Below are positions 51,415 to 63,347 of a stretch of DNA of 64,000 nt, piece after piece (the first letter of the stretch is position 1; the number at the start of each line of letters is the position of its first letter). Source of the DNA: a virus (taxonomy: Duplodnaviria > Caudoviricetes); IMG/VR virus record IMGVR_UViG_3300033121_002154, positions 28,908 through 92,907 of that record; one strand, 5' to 3'. The notes beneath the pieces were generated by a model. That model had not been told where the DNA came from. It made no database searches and saw only the letters and a program-made list of their open reading frames with translations. The translations under genes and the position numbers were made by a program.

Positions 51415-51503
51415 CGGAAGAGAAGAGATTTGAACTCTTGATACAATTTAATTTATATGACTATTTAGCAAACAGTTGGTTTAGACCACTCACCCACCCT
51501 TCC
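51415..51503 (-). tRNA. tRNA-Ser(GCT)
   Basis: GGAAGGG/CTCTTCC-G; ACTGT-TT-GCT-AA-ATAGT; long variable arm. Confidence 0.88.
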
Positions 51504-52267
51504 ATATTTATTAATATATAATATATATATTATCTAATTATTAAACATTTAAAATCTATCCATAATAACAATTTTTATTATTCATTAATAAATCTTTTAT
51601 AATTATAGCTTTTGTATTATATAATTTTTCTTCAGTCAAATTAAATTTCTTAAGTCTTAAATTGAGGTAATCATTTAATTTTTTATTTGCAAGTTCTTTT
51701 ATATCATCAAATCTACCAAATTTTTTAGCAATATTTAAATTAGAATTCCAAGCCCTTGCGGCAGCTAACCATTGTTTAATTTCTAATATTTGATTTTCAA
51801 TAATATTTGGGAAATATTTTTTATAACATAATTCACATAATGATTCACCATTATGACAAATAAATGAATTATTTTTTTTACAAAGAAAACATTTTTTTTT
51901 CATATTTTATTTGTTTAATTTGATTTTCACTTGCATAAAGCTGATTTACAAATTGTAAATATTCAGGTTCTTCTTCAAATGTCCAGCAAGGAATAATTAA
52001 TGTATCACTATTTAAAATATTTTTAATATTTTCTATTCCATATTTTTTATCAATTAAAACAAATGTTTCAATATTTTTTTGATATAATTCATCAAAAATA
52101 TTTACATCAAATTTATAATCTTTATTTTCAGAATTATAAAATTTCTTATAATAACGAAAATATGCTTCTTTAATATTTTTAATCCCCATAAGATCATCAC
52201 TATTCAAATTTTTAATTTGAATTTTCGAATCACAATAAATTGCAAATTTCATTTTGGTTTTTTAATT

Positions 52268-52741
52268 TTATTTATACCAAAATGGTTTTTCTCTATTTCT
52301 ATTCCACTTGGCAAATAATTTTTGTTTGATATAATAATTTCTATATGATTCAACTACATCATTATTTATTTTACAATTTTCAGGCATACATAAAGAAAAT
52401 TCTGTAAGAGTATAATGTTTTATATTTTTTGGTAAATTTGAAAGTATTTGCAATAATTTACTTTCAGTTAAATGAATTTTATTGTAACGATATTGATATT
52501 CTTTACATAAATAATAAAATAAACTATATAACCATTTATAATTTTCGGAACTTTCTCTAACCCATTTATTACAAGGATGATTTATATGTGTACTTTTATA
52601 AAAGATGTCGTTTTTTCCATCAAGAATCTGATGGCATGTACTTAAAAGTTGTGCAGATTCTAAAATCATTTTTACTACATGCTTATCACAATGAAACTGC
52701 GCAGCAATTTCAGGATTAATATCTAATACAAAAATATTCAA
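52268..52741 (-). CDS. pyrimidine-dimer DNA glycosylase / endonuclease V-like protein
   Basis: MNIFVLD..P..AA..HCDKHVVKMILESAQLLST...H.NHPC..W. Confidence 0.85.
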   Translation of the reverse strand: MNIFVLDINPEIAAQFHCDKHVVKMILESAQLLSTCHQILDGKNDIFYKSTHINHPCNKWVRESSENYKWLYSLFYYLCKEYQYRYNKIHLTESKLLQILSNLPKNIKHYTLTEFSLCMPENCKINNDVVESYRNYYIKQKLFAKWNRNREKPFWYK

Positions 52742-53468
52742 AAATTTTTATATCTGTTTTGATTTTAAAATATTTACAATAATATCTAATTTTTTTAAAA
52801 TAGAATTTAATTTAAAAATATAACTTTCAATAAAATCTTCAGAATAATTTGCAGATTTTTTATTTTGAAAATCAAATAATTTATTTGATAAATTATTTGA
52901 TATTTCTAAAAAAATTTCATAAATTTTTGAAAGTTTTTCTGATTTTATTTCTATTTTATATTCATTAACAAAATATTCAAATAAATCCAATTGTTCATCT
53001 GAAAAATTAATTTCACATTCTGAATCATCATATACTTCTAAAAAATTTTGTATATTTAATATTTCTATTGAAGTAAATTTCATAATCTTTTTTAATTTAA
53101 TTTAAAAAATTTATAAATTTTTTATAATACTATTTATAAAAAATTTATAATTTGAATCTTTAATTAACTTTTTAACTCTTTCATCTTTTAAATCATTTTT
53201 AAAATTTTCAAGTCTATCAGAAAATGAACCTTTTAAATCTGAATGATATTTTATTTTATTTCTTATATTTGTTTTTTCAAGTTCAAAACCAAATTCATAA
53301 ATATCATATCTACCTGGTACGGCATATCTAAAAAAAAATATTTCATTATCAATTATATTTATTGCAAAATATTCATTATGCTCATTGTCAGATAGAATAT
53401 TTACATTATCTGAAAATATATAATTTTTATTCATATTAAAAATTTATTTATATAAAGTAAATAATAAA

Positions 53469-53485
53469 TGTTACTTTAATATTAC
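53469..53485 (-). promoter_or_regulatory. direct-repeat promoter box
   Basis: TGTTAC-TTTAA-TATTAC upstream of ATG 53434. Confidence 0.75.
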
Positions 53486-53915
53486 TTTTAAAATTTAATT
53501 TCAAATCTTAAAGTCATATTCAGGAAATAATTTTTTAAATCTTTTCCATGCCCCTTTTCTTTTCTTCTTTGGAATTCTTATTCTATTTGAAGAACCACTA
53601 CTTCCTGAACCATAATTAATTACATTTTTATTATCTTTTCTTTCTCTTTTATGTGAATAAGAATATACATTTTTAATAATCAGTCTATTTCTATGAATAT
53701 TTTGAATATAAATTTGTCTATCTTCAGCGGAAATTTTTAATTTATTAAATAAACTAAAAATCATTTGTATATCATTATATTCTTTTAATGAAGAGTTTAA
53801 AATTTTTTTTACATCACAATTTAAAACTTGTATAAAATAATTATAACTAAAAATATATTTTCCGATTAAATGATTTAATTTTCTAATTGTCTTCTTTTTA
53901 TTCATATTTACTAAT

Positions 53916-54326
53916 CTAATTTTCTGATAATTCTTTTAGCTTTTGTATACCATCAACAAAATTTTTACTTTTAAATTTAAAATAAAAAATCCATTCTTTT
54001 TTTTCTTTATCAAAAAAATGTTTTCCTACAATATCCTTTGGTAATTTGATTAAATTATTTTTTTGGCAATTTAATCCATTATTATCTAAAAAAAATACTA
54101 ATTCTGATTTATCTGCATTCATAATTTCTCTATGCAAAAATAATCCAAATTTTCCGCATTTCCTTGAATTGTCATTAATATTTGTTCTTGCATATTCACG
54201 ATTATTTTTTTTATCTGCATACCAATTATAATTCTTTAATCTAAAATAATCATCATCATCTAAAATTACAGAAAATTTACCTGAATTTTTACATTTATTA
54301 TTATTGCTAAGTTTTATTGTTTTCAT
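53916..54326 (-). CDS. degenerate HNH endonuclease-like protein
   Basis: LDDDDY..L....W...YA...LHR.IM...V...D.NGL.CQK.NL; catalytic His appears lost. Confidence 0.6.
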   Translation of the reverse strand: MKTIKLSNNNKCKNSGKFSVILDDDDYFRLKNYNWYADKKNNREYARTNINDNSRKCGKFGLFLHREIMNADKSELVFFLDNNGLNCQKNNLIKLPKDIVGKHFFDKEKKEWIFYFKFKSKNFVDGIQKLKELSEN

Positions 54327-54951
54327 ATTCTTTAATTAAAAATATATTTTCTAAATTAAATGATTTAATTTTCTGATTGCCTATCCTACCACCATAACCC
54401 TAAAAACATTTTATTGAACAATCTCATCCCACTATCAAATTTCTTTTTCTCTTCTTCTGTAAGAATAAAAATTCCATTATTTCTCGTTAGTAATTCAAAA
54501 GCATTTATTATTTTCAACAAATTTCTTAAATATACTTTTTCATTTTTTATTTTACACATTATTTCATAATATAACTTCAATCTTGGTAAAATAAAATTTC
54601 CAATTGTACCAGTTAAATCCCAAGTTTCTGATTCATCAAACCCATTTTTAATTCTTTGTTTAGAAAATTCAATTTCTCTTTCATCATTTTTGTCAGTCAA
54701 TGAAAAACAAATATTAGGAATTCCCAAATACTTTATATCAATTTTTTTCATATTTTTTCATATTTTTCAAATCTTTGAAGAAATTCATTTAAAGGTAACC
54801 TCCAAATATATCCATCACAAATACTAGAAAAACTAATATACTTAATATTATTGATAGGCCAAAAGCTAATTACTTTAACTTCAAATTCAAAATCAACTTT
54901 ACTAATCCATATTTCATCTTGAATTATTTTTAATGGGAAAAAATATTTCAT

Positions 54952-55197
54952 TTATAAATTAATTAATAAAAATTTTTCTTTTCTGGTAAGATTTTTAATT
55001 CTATATTCTTCTTTTGAAGCAATAGAACGATTTTTATATCTTTGAAAATAAATCATTTTTACAGGTAATCTACAACGTGTATATTTTGCTCCCTTGCCAA
55101 TATTATGAGTATTTAATCTTTTTGATAAATTATTTGTAATTCCAGTATATAAGGTGTCATCATTACATTTTAAAATATACACATACCAACTATTCAT
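54952..55197 (-). CDS. GIY-YIG nuclease (YhbQ/UPF0213-like)
   Basis: WYVYIL.C.D..LYTGIT..L..R...HN.GKGAKYTR...P. Confidence 0.9.
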   Translation of the reverse strand: MNSWYVYILKCNDDTLYTGITNNLSKRLNTHNIGKGAKYTRCRLPVKMIYFQRYKNRSIASKEEYRIKNLTRKEKFLLINL

Positions 55198-56134
55198 TAA
55201 ATAAATTTATTTTAAATTTTTTTCCTTTCATACTTTTTAAAAATTTCCCTGATGAAACAGTTTTACCAAATTTTTCGGTAAAATCTGCATCGAATAATTC
55301 GAAAATCATTGCCTGCCCTTCACCACGTGTATACACTTCAGGAAGATAAGGATTATCAGAAAAAGATATTACTGGGTAAACTACTGGATTAATTTCTAAA
55401 ACTATAAATAATTTTTTTGAGTTTTTCATTTTTATTTTTTTATTAATTCTAAAAATTCACTTAATATAATATATTTAATATTATAATCACCACCATTGCC
55501 ATAATAATCTCTATCTTCTTCTTCTTCCTCATGTATTATCTTTTCAATTTCTTCATATTTTATACATGAAAAATAATCATATTTTAATTGTCTTAAAATT
55601 AAATCTATTACAGTAAATTTTGGACTTTCACCCCATTCCCAAATTTCCTCATAAGTTAATCCTGGTAAATTATCTTGCCAACCATTACCCCACCAATATC
55701 CTTTTTTCCATCTCATATAAATTACAGGTTCTTTAATATCAACAGGTATACCTGAAGGTTCTGTCAATATACCTTCAAAATTTTCATATAAATCTTTAAA
55801 TTCACATTTAGAATTAATTTCATCAATATCTTCTTTAGTTAATTCATTCATTTATAGACTTATTTAATTGTTTTTCAATTAATTTAATTGACGTTTTCTT
55901 ATCTTTCAAAATTTTTATTTTTTCTTTAAGGTTTTCACTTTCATAATCTTCCAATAATCCTCTTGTAATCAAGAACCCTTTCTTAATAAGAAATTCTTCC
56001 AACAATAATAATATAGTAGTTTTCCCTGTACCGACTAATCCTGATATTTCAATATTTATTTTGTTTTTCATTAAAATTATCTAAATTAAATTTTTCCATT
56101 TTTATATTTTAATTATTATAATATAAAAATCAAA

Positions 56135-56151
56135 TATTACTTTGATATTAC
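56135..56151 (-). promoter_or_regulatory. direct-repeat promoter box with TATAAT 14 nt downstream
   Basis: TATTAC-TTTGA-TATTAC; attata at 56115-56120. Confidence 0.8.
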
Positions 56152-57338
56152 TTTTAAAATTTTTAAATCTATAAGATGTTCAAAATCTTTTAAATTAATA
56201 TCTTCTTTAATAAGCTCCCAACCATATTGTGTTTTTCCATAATAAAGATCATTAAGTTCAACATCATCATCATTAATTTCACCTTTTAATCTTATCATTC
56301 TATTTTTAAAAGTCTCTGATTTATTATTTTCATCAAACCAATTTTCATATTCAATTTCTTCATTATCTTTCCAGCTACAATATATAGATTTACCATCCGG
56401 AAATTCTCCCTCATTTACTAAAAATTCATAAACTTCATCATCATTATTTGCAATTACAAGACATTTCATTCCTTCTTCGGAATCTTTTGGGGAATAGTGC
56501 GCAAAAATTATTTTATATAAATTCATTTTTTAATTAATTTTTAAATTTTATCTTTAGATTCATTTTCATTCTCCCATAATTCTTTTGTTTCTATAATAAT
56601 TCTATCAATAAATTGATTTATATCTTCTCTTTTTGGTTCAAATGGGACAAATTCATCAAATAAAAGATTTATACTTTTTTTAAATTAATCATACTTGCAA
56701 TATATCCATCTTTTTTACTTTCTTTTATTAAAAAAATTAAATCAGCTGCTTTCATTTTTATTTAATTAAAGTTTTGGAAAAATCTGCATAAAAAATCGAA
56801 TTATGCTAAATTCTAAAAGAAATTATTGATGTTTCTTACAAAATTTTATTTTTAAAGGAAATTGCAATGTCCCATGTCCAATTATTTCACAACCACAAGG
56901 TGAATTAGTTGTTACACAATTCATAAAATACGGTATTCCCTCATCTGACATCATAAGTTGTTTGTAACTTGGAAATTTAACTAAAGACTCTTGGTAACGT
57001 TTAATGTTAATTACTTTATCTTCTTCTGTTTTGACTGTCTTTTGCATTTTTATTTATTTAAGTTTTAGAAAAATCTGCATAAAAATTAGTTCATCATTAT
57101 CCAACTCAATAAAAATTATTCTTTATTTTTTAATGAAAATGTAAAATCAAATAATTTTCTATTACTTTCAAGATAACCTAACCCCTCAAGTTCTTGATAT
57201 GTTTTAAGTTCTTCTGCAGATTGACCTACACATACTGAACCACTGTTTGTTACAATTTGTAAAATTTTTTCTTGTTCATTTGTTAATTTTTCTTTGTTGT
57301 TTTCCATTATTTTTTTATTTTAAATTTTATAAAAAATT

Positions 57339-57917
57339 TTATTTTAAAGTATATGTTTCTAATTCATTTAAACATATAAAATTTGTATCTTCTATTTTTA
57401 TTTTAATACTTCTATGATAATGTCCAAAAATCCATAATTTTGGTTTATGTGAATATAAACATTCATTTAATAACTTTTGAGTTGAAGTATATTCATCAAG
57501 AAAAGGAAATAATTTATTTCTAATTGAGCTTGGACAATCATGACTAATTACAATATCAGGTTTATATCTTTTATATTCCAATAAACATTTTCTTTGCTGT
57601 AAATAATTCATTTCTTCTTCCCTGAAATAATCCCATCCCTCTAATCTGTTATTTTTATCTATTGAAGTTGCACCTCTTATTGTCATCAATTTATATTCAT
57701 CAAAAAATTTCCAATCACCGCAACTATATTCTTTATTTATATATGGATAAAAATCATGATTACCAAAAAGAATTTTATGATTTTCATAATTTTCTGGTTT
57801 TATTTGATCATATTCTATTTGAAATCCAAAATCACCAATTTGAATTGTTTTTAAATGGTTTTTAATTATTTCATGATATTCATCAACATAACCGTGAACA
57901 TCACCTATAATCGTCAT
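57339..57917 (-). CDS. calcineurin-like metallophosphoesterase
   Basis: GDVHG, GDFG, GNHD, SHDCP, FGHYH. Confidence 0.92.
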   Translation of the reverse strand: MTIIGDVHGYVDEYHEIIKNHLKTIQIGDFGFQIEYDQIKPENYENHKILFGNHDFYPYINKEYSCGDWKFFDEYKLMTIRGATSIDKNNRLEGWDYFREEEMNYLQQRKCLLEYKRYKPDIVISHDCPSSIRNKLFPFLDEYTSTQKLLNECLYSHKPKLWIFGHYHRSIKIKIEDTNFICLNELETYTLK

Positions 57918-58921
57918 ATTAAATCCTCTATAAATTCTCTTTTTTTATTATCTAAAAACTTTTTACAAATAGCATTTACACTTAAAATAAATTCATATTC
58001 ATTAATTAAAAATTCAGTTTTTGATTCAAATTCAAGATATAATTTTCTTTGTAATTTAAAAAAATCATTTAATTCATCTTTTGATAATGTTTTTTCAATA
58101 ATTGATCTAGCTTTTAAATAATTACCATCTGAAATTTTGAATAAATCAGTTTTTGACCAAATTGAATTAATATATACTAATTTTTCATCATTATAAAAAC
58201 CAGGCTTTATATTAATTAATTCATATTTTTTTTCTGATACATCTTTAATAGAAACAAGTTCATTATCAACAGTTGGAAGTGATGAAAAATCCCAATCATC
58301 ATTACTCATATTTTTATTTTTATCTTATATAAAATATTATTTATAAATTTTATAAATTTTTTGATTAAATCTCAATTCTTGCAATGTTTGAATATTAATA
58401 TTTCTTAAAGCTTTTTTAGGATTTTTTCTTGCAGCTTTACCTTCTCTAACAAGAACATATCCTAATTCTTTATATGGTTGAATTTCGGTTCTTTGACCAT
58501 TAATTACTCTTAATACATTTTTCTTTGTTTTAAAAACCGCTGTAAAAAATTTTCCTTTTGTACTTTCCATTATTTTAAGAGCCGCCGCTTTACCAATATT
58601 AATAACATCTTTCTCACCAGAAATTGAAAATATTTTGTGTTTTTTTTTAGTAACCTTTGAATTATTTTTTGCAATAGTATTTTTAATCATACTATATGTT
58701 CTATAAGTTCCATTATCTGTATATGTACATTTTTCATCAATATTAAATTCATTCATAACATTGCTTATTTCTGCTTGAAACCACTTCTGATCAGGAAATT
58801 TTTGTCTCAATTCATTTTTTATTTCCAATGTTGTTACTGTTCCATTTGGTTTTACCAGTCTGTTGGCCATTGCCAATACTTTTGCTTTATTCTTTTTATT
58901 CATAATATTTTATTTTTTAAT

Positions 58922-60097
58922 TTATTTTTTTAACCAAATAATATATTTTATTCTATTTTGCTTTTCATTATAAGTAATTATTTCACTATTTAATAAACCA
59001 TTTCCGGCTTTTACATAAGTGCTATCATAACCTCTTTTATTTAAATTTGAATAATCTAAATTAAAAGAATTGCCCCTATACCAACCATCATAAACAAAAG
59101 GATTTCCAGTATGAACTTCATATACCAAAAGTATTTTATCATTATCATATCCAGTATAACCTAATGACTTACTAACAACTTCACTAAAATAATTTCCTTC
59201 TCCATAAGCCTTACCACTATATTGATAATTTCCGGTTGGTCTAATTTTTAATCCCTGTTTTAAAATTGATAAAACAGAGGAGCATCTTGTTCCGTGAATA
59301 AGAAATTTTGTTTGAGAATTTTTTTGTTTTTTTAACCAATCTTCAAAAATTTGTTCTTCTTTTGAATTTTTAATTTTAAAAATTGAACCAATTTTATTTG
59401 TAATTTGTTTTTCCAAAAAACTAATTTCTTTAGGAAATTTGCATTCTTCCATTTCAACGCCAATTTCTTCAAGTATATTTTTTCTTTTTGAATTATTATT
59501 ACTTATATTATTTTTAAATCTCATTGAAATTTGTGAAGACATAGCATCCAAATTATCTTGTTCCTGAGTAAGTGTATCTTTTAAATCTATTTCAGGTAAA
59601 ATATGATTTTGCACTTTTTTCATTTTTCTTGGAATCAAAGTGTATAAATCAATGAGATTTTCATTAATTTTATCCTGATCTTTTTTATTATTAAGTGAAT
59701 TTAAAACATTTAAAATTCTTTGTGCTTCATCAATTTGATTCTGAGTTACATTTTCAGATTTAACAGAATATGTTTTGCTTACCAAATTATCTCTGTATAA
59801 CTTCATAAGGTTCATAAATTCACTAACCTTTTTGTCTTTAATTTCATTTGAATCCAATAATACATCTGAATCATTTTTAACCTCAGTTACAAACTGTGTA
59901 ACATCTTTATAGCCCTTTTTTATCTTTTCATTATACTTTTTAGACCAATCAGAATAATTATATGAATGTTGAATTGACGTTAATTCAACCCTACCATAAT
60001 TTACTGTAAAAGTATTGCCACCGTCATATTTCATTTCATAAAACTTATTATTATTATCTTTCGTAATCATAATAAGTTTATTATAATTTTGATTCAT
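58922..60097 (-). CDS. poly(ADP-ribose) polymerase-like protein (WGR + regulatory + catalytic)
   Basis: NNNKFYEM..YGRV..K.KKGY (WGR); LYT.IP (regulatory); HGT...G.G.YF...S..Y...L..SE...Y (H-Y-E). Confidence 0.88.
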   Translation of the reverse strand: MNQNYNKLIMITKDNNNKFYEMKYDGGNTFTVNYGRVELTSIQHSYNYSDWSKKYNEKIKKGYKDVTQFVTEVKNDSDVLLDSNEIKDKKVSEFMNLMKLYRDNLVSKTYSVKSENVTQNQIDEAQRILNVLNSLNNKKDQDKINENLIDLYTLIPRKMKKVQNHILPEIDLKDTLTQEQDNLDAMSSQISMRFKNNISNNNSKRKNILEEIGVEMEECKFPKEISFLEKQITNKIGSIFKIKNSKEEQIFEDWLKKQKNSQTKFLIHGTRCSSVLSILKQGLKIRPTGNYQYSGKAYGEGNYFSEVVSKSLGYTGYDNDKILLVYEVHTGNPFVYDGWYRGNSFNLDYSNLNKRGYDSTYVKAGNGLLNSEIITYNEKQNRIKYIIWLKK

Positions 60098-60134
60098 TTT
60101 TTTATAATTAATTTATTATAATATATAAATATAA

Positions 60135-60151
60135 TATTACTTTAATATTAC
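60135..60151 (-). promoter_or_regulatory. direct-repeat promoter box with TATAAT 14 nt downstream
   Basis: TATTAC-TTTAA-TATTAC; attata at 60115-60120; upstream of PARP. Confidence 0.8.
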
Positions 60152-62148
60152 TTTTAAATTAAATTTATATTTCATAATTTTACCTTCTTTTTTAAATCTT
60201 TTATTACTTCTTTAAGAATTATGATTCTTAATTTGCTATCAGATTTATCGAACCAATATCCATTATAATAACTAATAATGGTTCGGTGCGGTTTATATTT
60301 TTTTAGTTCTGGCAAAATTTTTAACATATCTCCACTATTTGCATAGACTTCATTAACAGAAAATGCGGCACAAAAACCCATTTCCCAAAAACCTAAAGTA
60401 TTAACACTTTCTAACTTGCAAATCATTTTTCTACATAAACTTATTTTCTGTTTATTGGTTAAATTATTCATTTTTATTTTTATTTTAAAAAATATTTATA
60501 TGACATGGCATATACATAACCTATATAATATGGTACATTAGGTATCTGTATTATGGGTTTATTTGATTCTGGTATTATATTCCATTTATCATCATATATA
60601 AAATTAATCTTTGGATATACCAATTGATTATTTTTTATCATATGTGGTGTATTATTGATTAATGTGTACATACCATTAATTCTATCTTTTACAATCCATT
60701 CACCATCTTGATATTCAGGTAGACTTACAGAATCTATAAATAATTCACCATCTATATACACTGGCATACGATTGTACTTTTCTATTGGATCTTCAATTAA
60801 ATCATGCTTATAGGTAAATCTTTTTATTATATATTTTGTAACCTTATCTAACCAGCTTATTATATAATCTAACTTAAATGTTATATATCCAATTATAAAA
60901 CCAATTGCAATTAATTCCATTAAAGTTGGATTTATTAGTGCATCCATATTTTTTTAAACTTAATTATTTCTTTAACTAAAAAATATTTTTCTGTTAAATC
61001 ATTATGTCAAATTTTTATATAAGTTACCTAAATTAAAAGTTCTTCTGGTTTTACTGGGATAGGTATTCTTAATAATTTTTAGCCAAGTATTAAAAATTCT
61101 TTTATCTTCATCATTTAGTTTTTCATTTAGAAATTTTTCCACTAAACGAGTAATTTCAGAATTATTGGATAATTCTACTAATGAATTTAATTTAATCATT
61201 TTATTATTTAATCTAATTTTTTAATTATATTGGTTATTTCTTTTATCATCCTATATATCCATATCACATAAAATCCCATAGGAATACAAAACCTGAGAAG
61301 TTCTTTCTTACTCTTAATATTACCAATGCCTAACATTATAAGAACAGCAATATACTGAACTATGCAAAAACTTATTAGAAGAGCAATTTCATTCATAATA
61401 TTTTTTTATAATTTAATTTTATAAAAATAATTGGAAAATTCTTGAGAGCTACTCAATGCCATAGCATTTTCACAATTAACAAAAATGTTAGCACATGTTA
61501 ATGAACCAAATCTAAACTAACATAGAATTTTCCTAATTAAATAGTGGCCTTACGCAAGGCTTAACTTGCTTCTTTATTAAATAGAAAATAAATAAATTTA
61601 TTTTTACAAACAATTTAATTAAAATTACCGTACGTATTAATTTTAATTATCTCTTTAACTATTTAAGAATGTTTTATTCTGTTAAACTATCAGGCCGGAG
61701 ATTTTTATTTTACAAATTGCTTAATGAAATCCGGTGAGGTACAACCATCTTTACCACCAGATAAAGATTTTATAAGAATATTATTTTTTCTTCTTTTTTG
61801 CAACATACCATCAATTCTATATCTTTTTCCTTGATATGTAAATTCCTTATGAAGTAATTTTGGATCTAAATCATACCAATGTGCTTGCTTTTTAAATGTG
61901 TCTTCATTTATATTAAATGCTTCACCATTTACTTGAGATGCTGTACAAGTATATTTTGATGTGAATTGATTATCAGTATATCTGCCAGGTGTTGTAACAA
62001 AATCAAATTTTACATTATATTTTTCTTCAAGGGCCTTTGTTGCTTCCTGAAGCTCTTTTCTGAAATTACTAAAATTAAAATTTTTATCAAACATTTTATT
62101 TTTTGTTTAATTAGTAAATTAATTATTTAATATAATATAATAATATTA

Positions 62149-62165
62149 TGTTACTTATATATTAC
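62149..62165 (-). promoter_or_regulatory. direct-repeat promoter box
   Basis: TGTTAC-TTATA-TATTAC upstream of ATG 62094. Confidence 0.75.
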
Positions 62166-62555
62166 TTAATATACTTTTTGTTCCTGTAAACCATCAATCA
62201 TATTTGTATATATAATTTTCTTATCAGCAGAATTTTCAGAATTGAAATAAGTATGGAGATTTTCTTCAAGTGTTTTCATTGTGAAATCCATATCATCATC
62301 TTCATTTATAATTCCATAACTCAGATCAACATCATATTTTATTCCAACAATCTTTCTATAATATTTTTTTGATATTGCTTTTAACAATATAAATTTATAG
62401 AGAATACGCTTATTTTTTATAGAATTTATATAACATTGTATTTTTTTAAATATATTTTTTAAGAATATAAAAATACGTTTTGTTTTTATAAATTCTACAA
62501 TGGGTTGTAACTTTTTAGTAATTGTTTTCATATTTTTTTTATTTTTTAAATTACC

Positions 62556-63029
62556 TTATTTTTTTCTACAAAGCATATCTGCGGCATAACTCGCTATAAA
62601 TGCATCTGGTTTTGTTCTAAATTCAAAACCCATTCCACTTACATAACCTGTTGCAGCAGAATAAATTTTGTTTGATTGATATTTCTTATTGGTATTAATA
62701 TCTATATGGATAGCATTGATTCTGTCATTTGTAAGAATTTCATTATCTCTTAAATATTGGGCAACTTGTACTGAATATTCAACTTCCCACCACAATCTAT
62801 CTTGCATATTGAAAACATTTTTTCTCTTTTCTTTTTTGTAAATTAAATGTACACCTCTGCCTTTTCTAACAACTGCTACAACTATTGCATAATTTGCAAC
62901 ATTATTTCTTGTATATGTTGAATCAGAACCTATATAAATTTCATATTCAAAATCTTTATTTTTTAAATATTCTTTTAAATATTCTGCTAAATTTTCAATA
63001 ATGTTACCATTTACATGTTTAAATTTCAT
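62556..63029 (-). CDS. RNase H-like YkuK family protein
   Basis: IYIGSDS...GRG...RL..EV..S...IHIDIN...KP.A..AS.AAD. Confidence 0.85.
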   Translation of the reverse strand: MKFKHVNGNIIENLAEYLKEYLKNKDFEYEIYIGSDSTYTRNNVANYAIVVAVVRKGRGVHLIYKKEKRKNVFNMQDRLWWEVEYSVQVAQYLRDNEILTNDRINAIHIDINTNKKYQSNKIYSAATGYVSGMGFEFRTKPDAFIASYAADMLCRKK

Positions 63030-63347
63030 TTTTTTTATTAGTTTAAAAACTTATGAAAATAATTTTTATCTGTTTCATACAATCTTTTTATACATCTGTT
63101 AATAGTGTAGCTAATAATCTATATCTTCCTGTTAAATCAATTCTTTTAAAATATTTATCAAGTGATGATGTTTTTCCAATTAAATCAAAAGGCCTATCAT
63201 GTTCAATTGTTTCACAGGCCCTATTAATAATTGAAATTACAGTTCTTTTTTGCGTTTTTGGTAAAATTTCTTTTACAAACTCATAAGTTTTTTGTTTTCT
63301 TTCAGCAGAGACTACTTTACCAAATGCTGTAAATCCTGAATATTTTT

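Noticed and set aside
55844-56071. Functional P-loop NTPase
   Set aside because: Walker A (GLVGTGKT) is present but the ORF is only 75 aa with no rest of the fold.
61500-61560. Cobalamin riboswitch (GCCACT on minus strand)
   Set aside because: Other conserved B12-box elements are not identifiable.
24806-62165. Recurrent TATTAC repeats as a CRISPR array or mini-arrays
   Set aside because: Dispersed 17-bp boxes upstream of genes with no repeat-spacer periodicity and no cas core genes.
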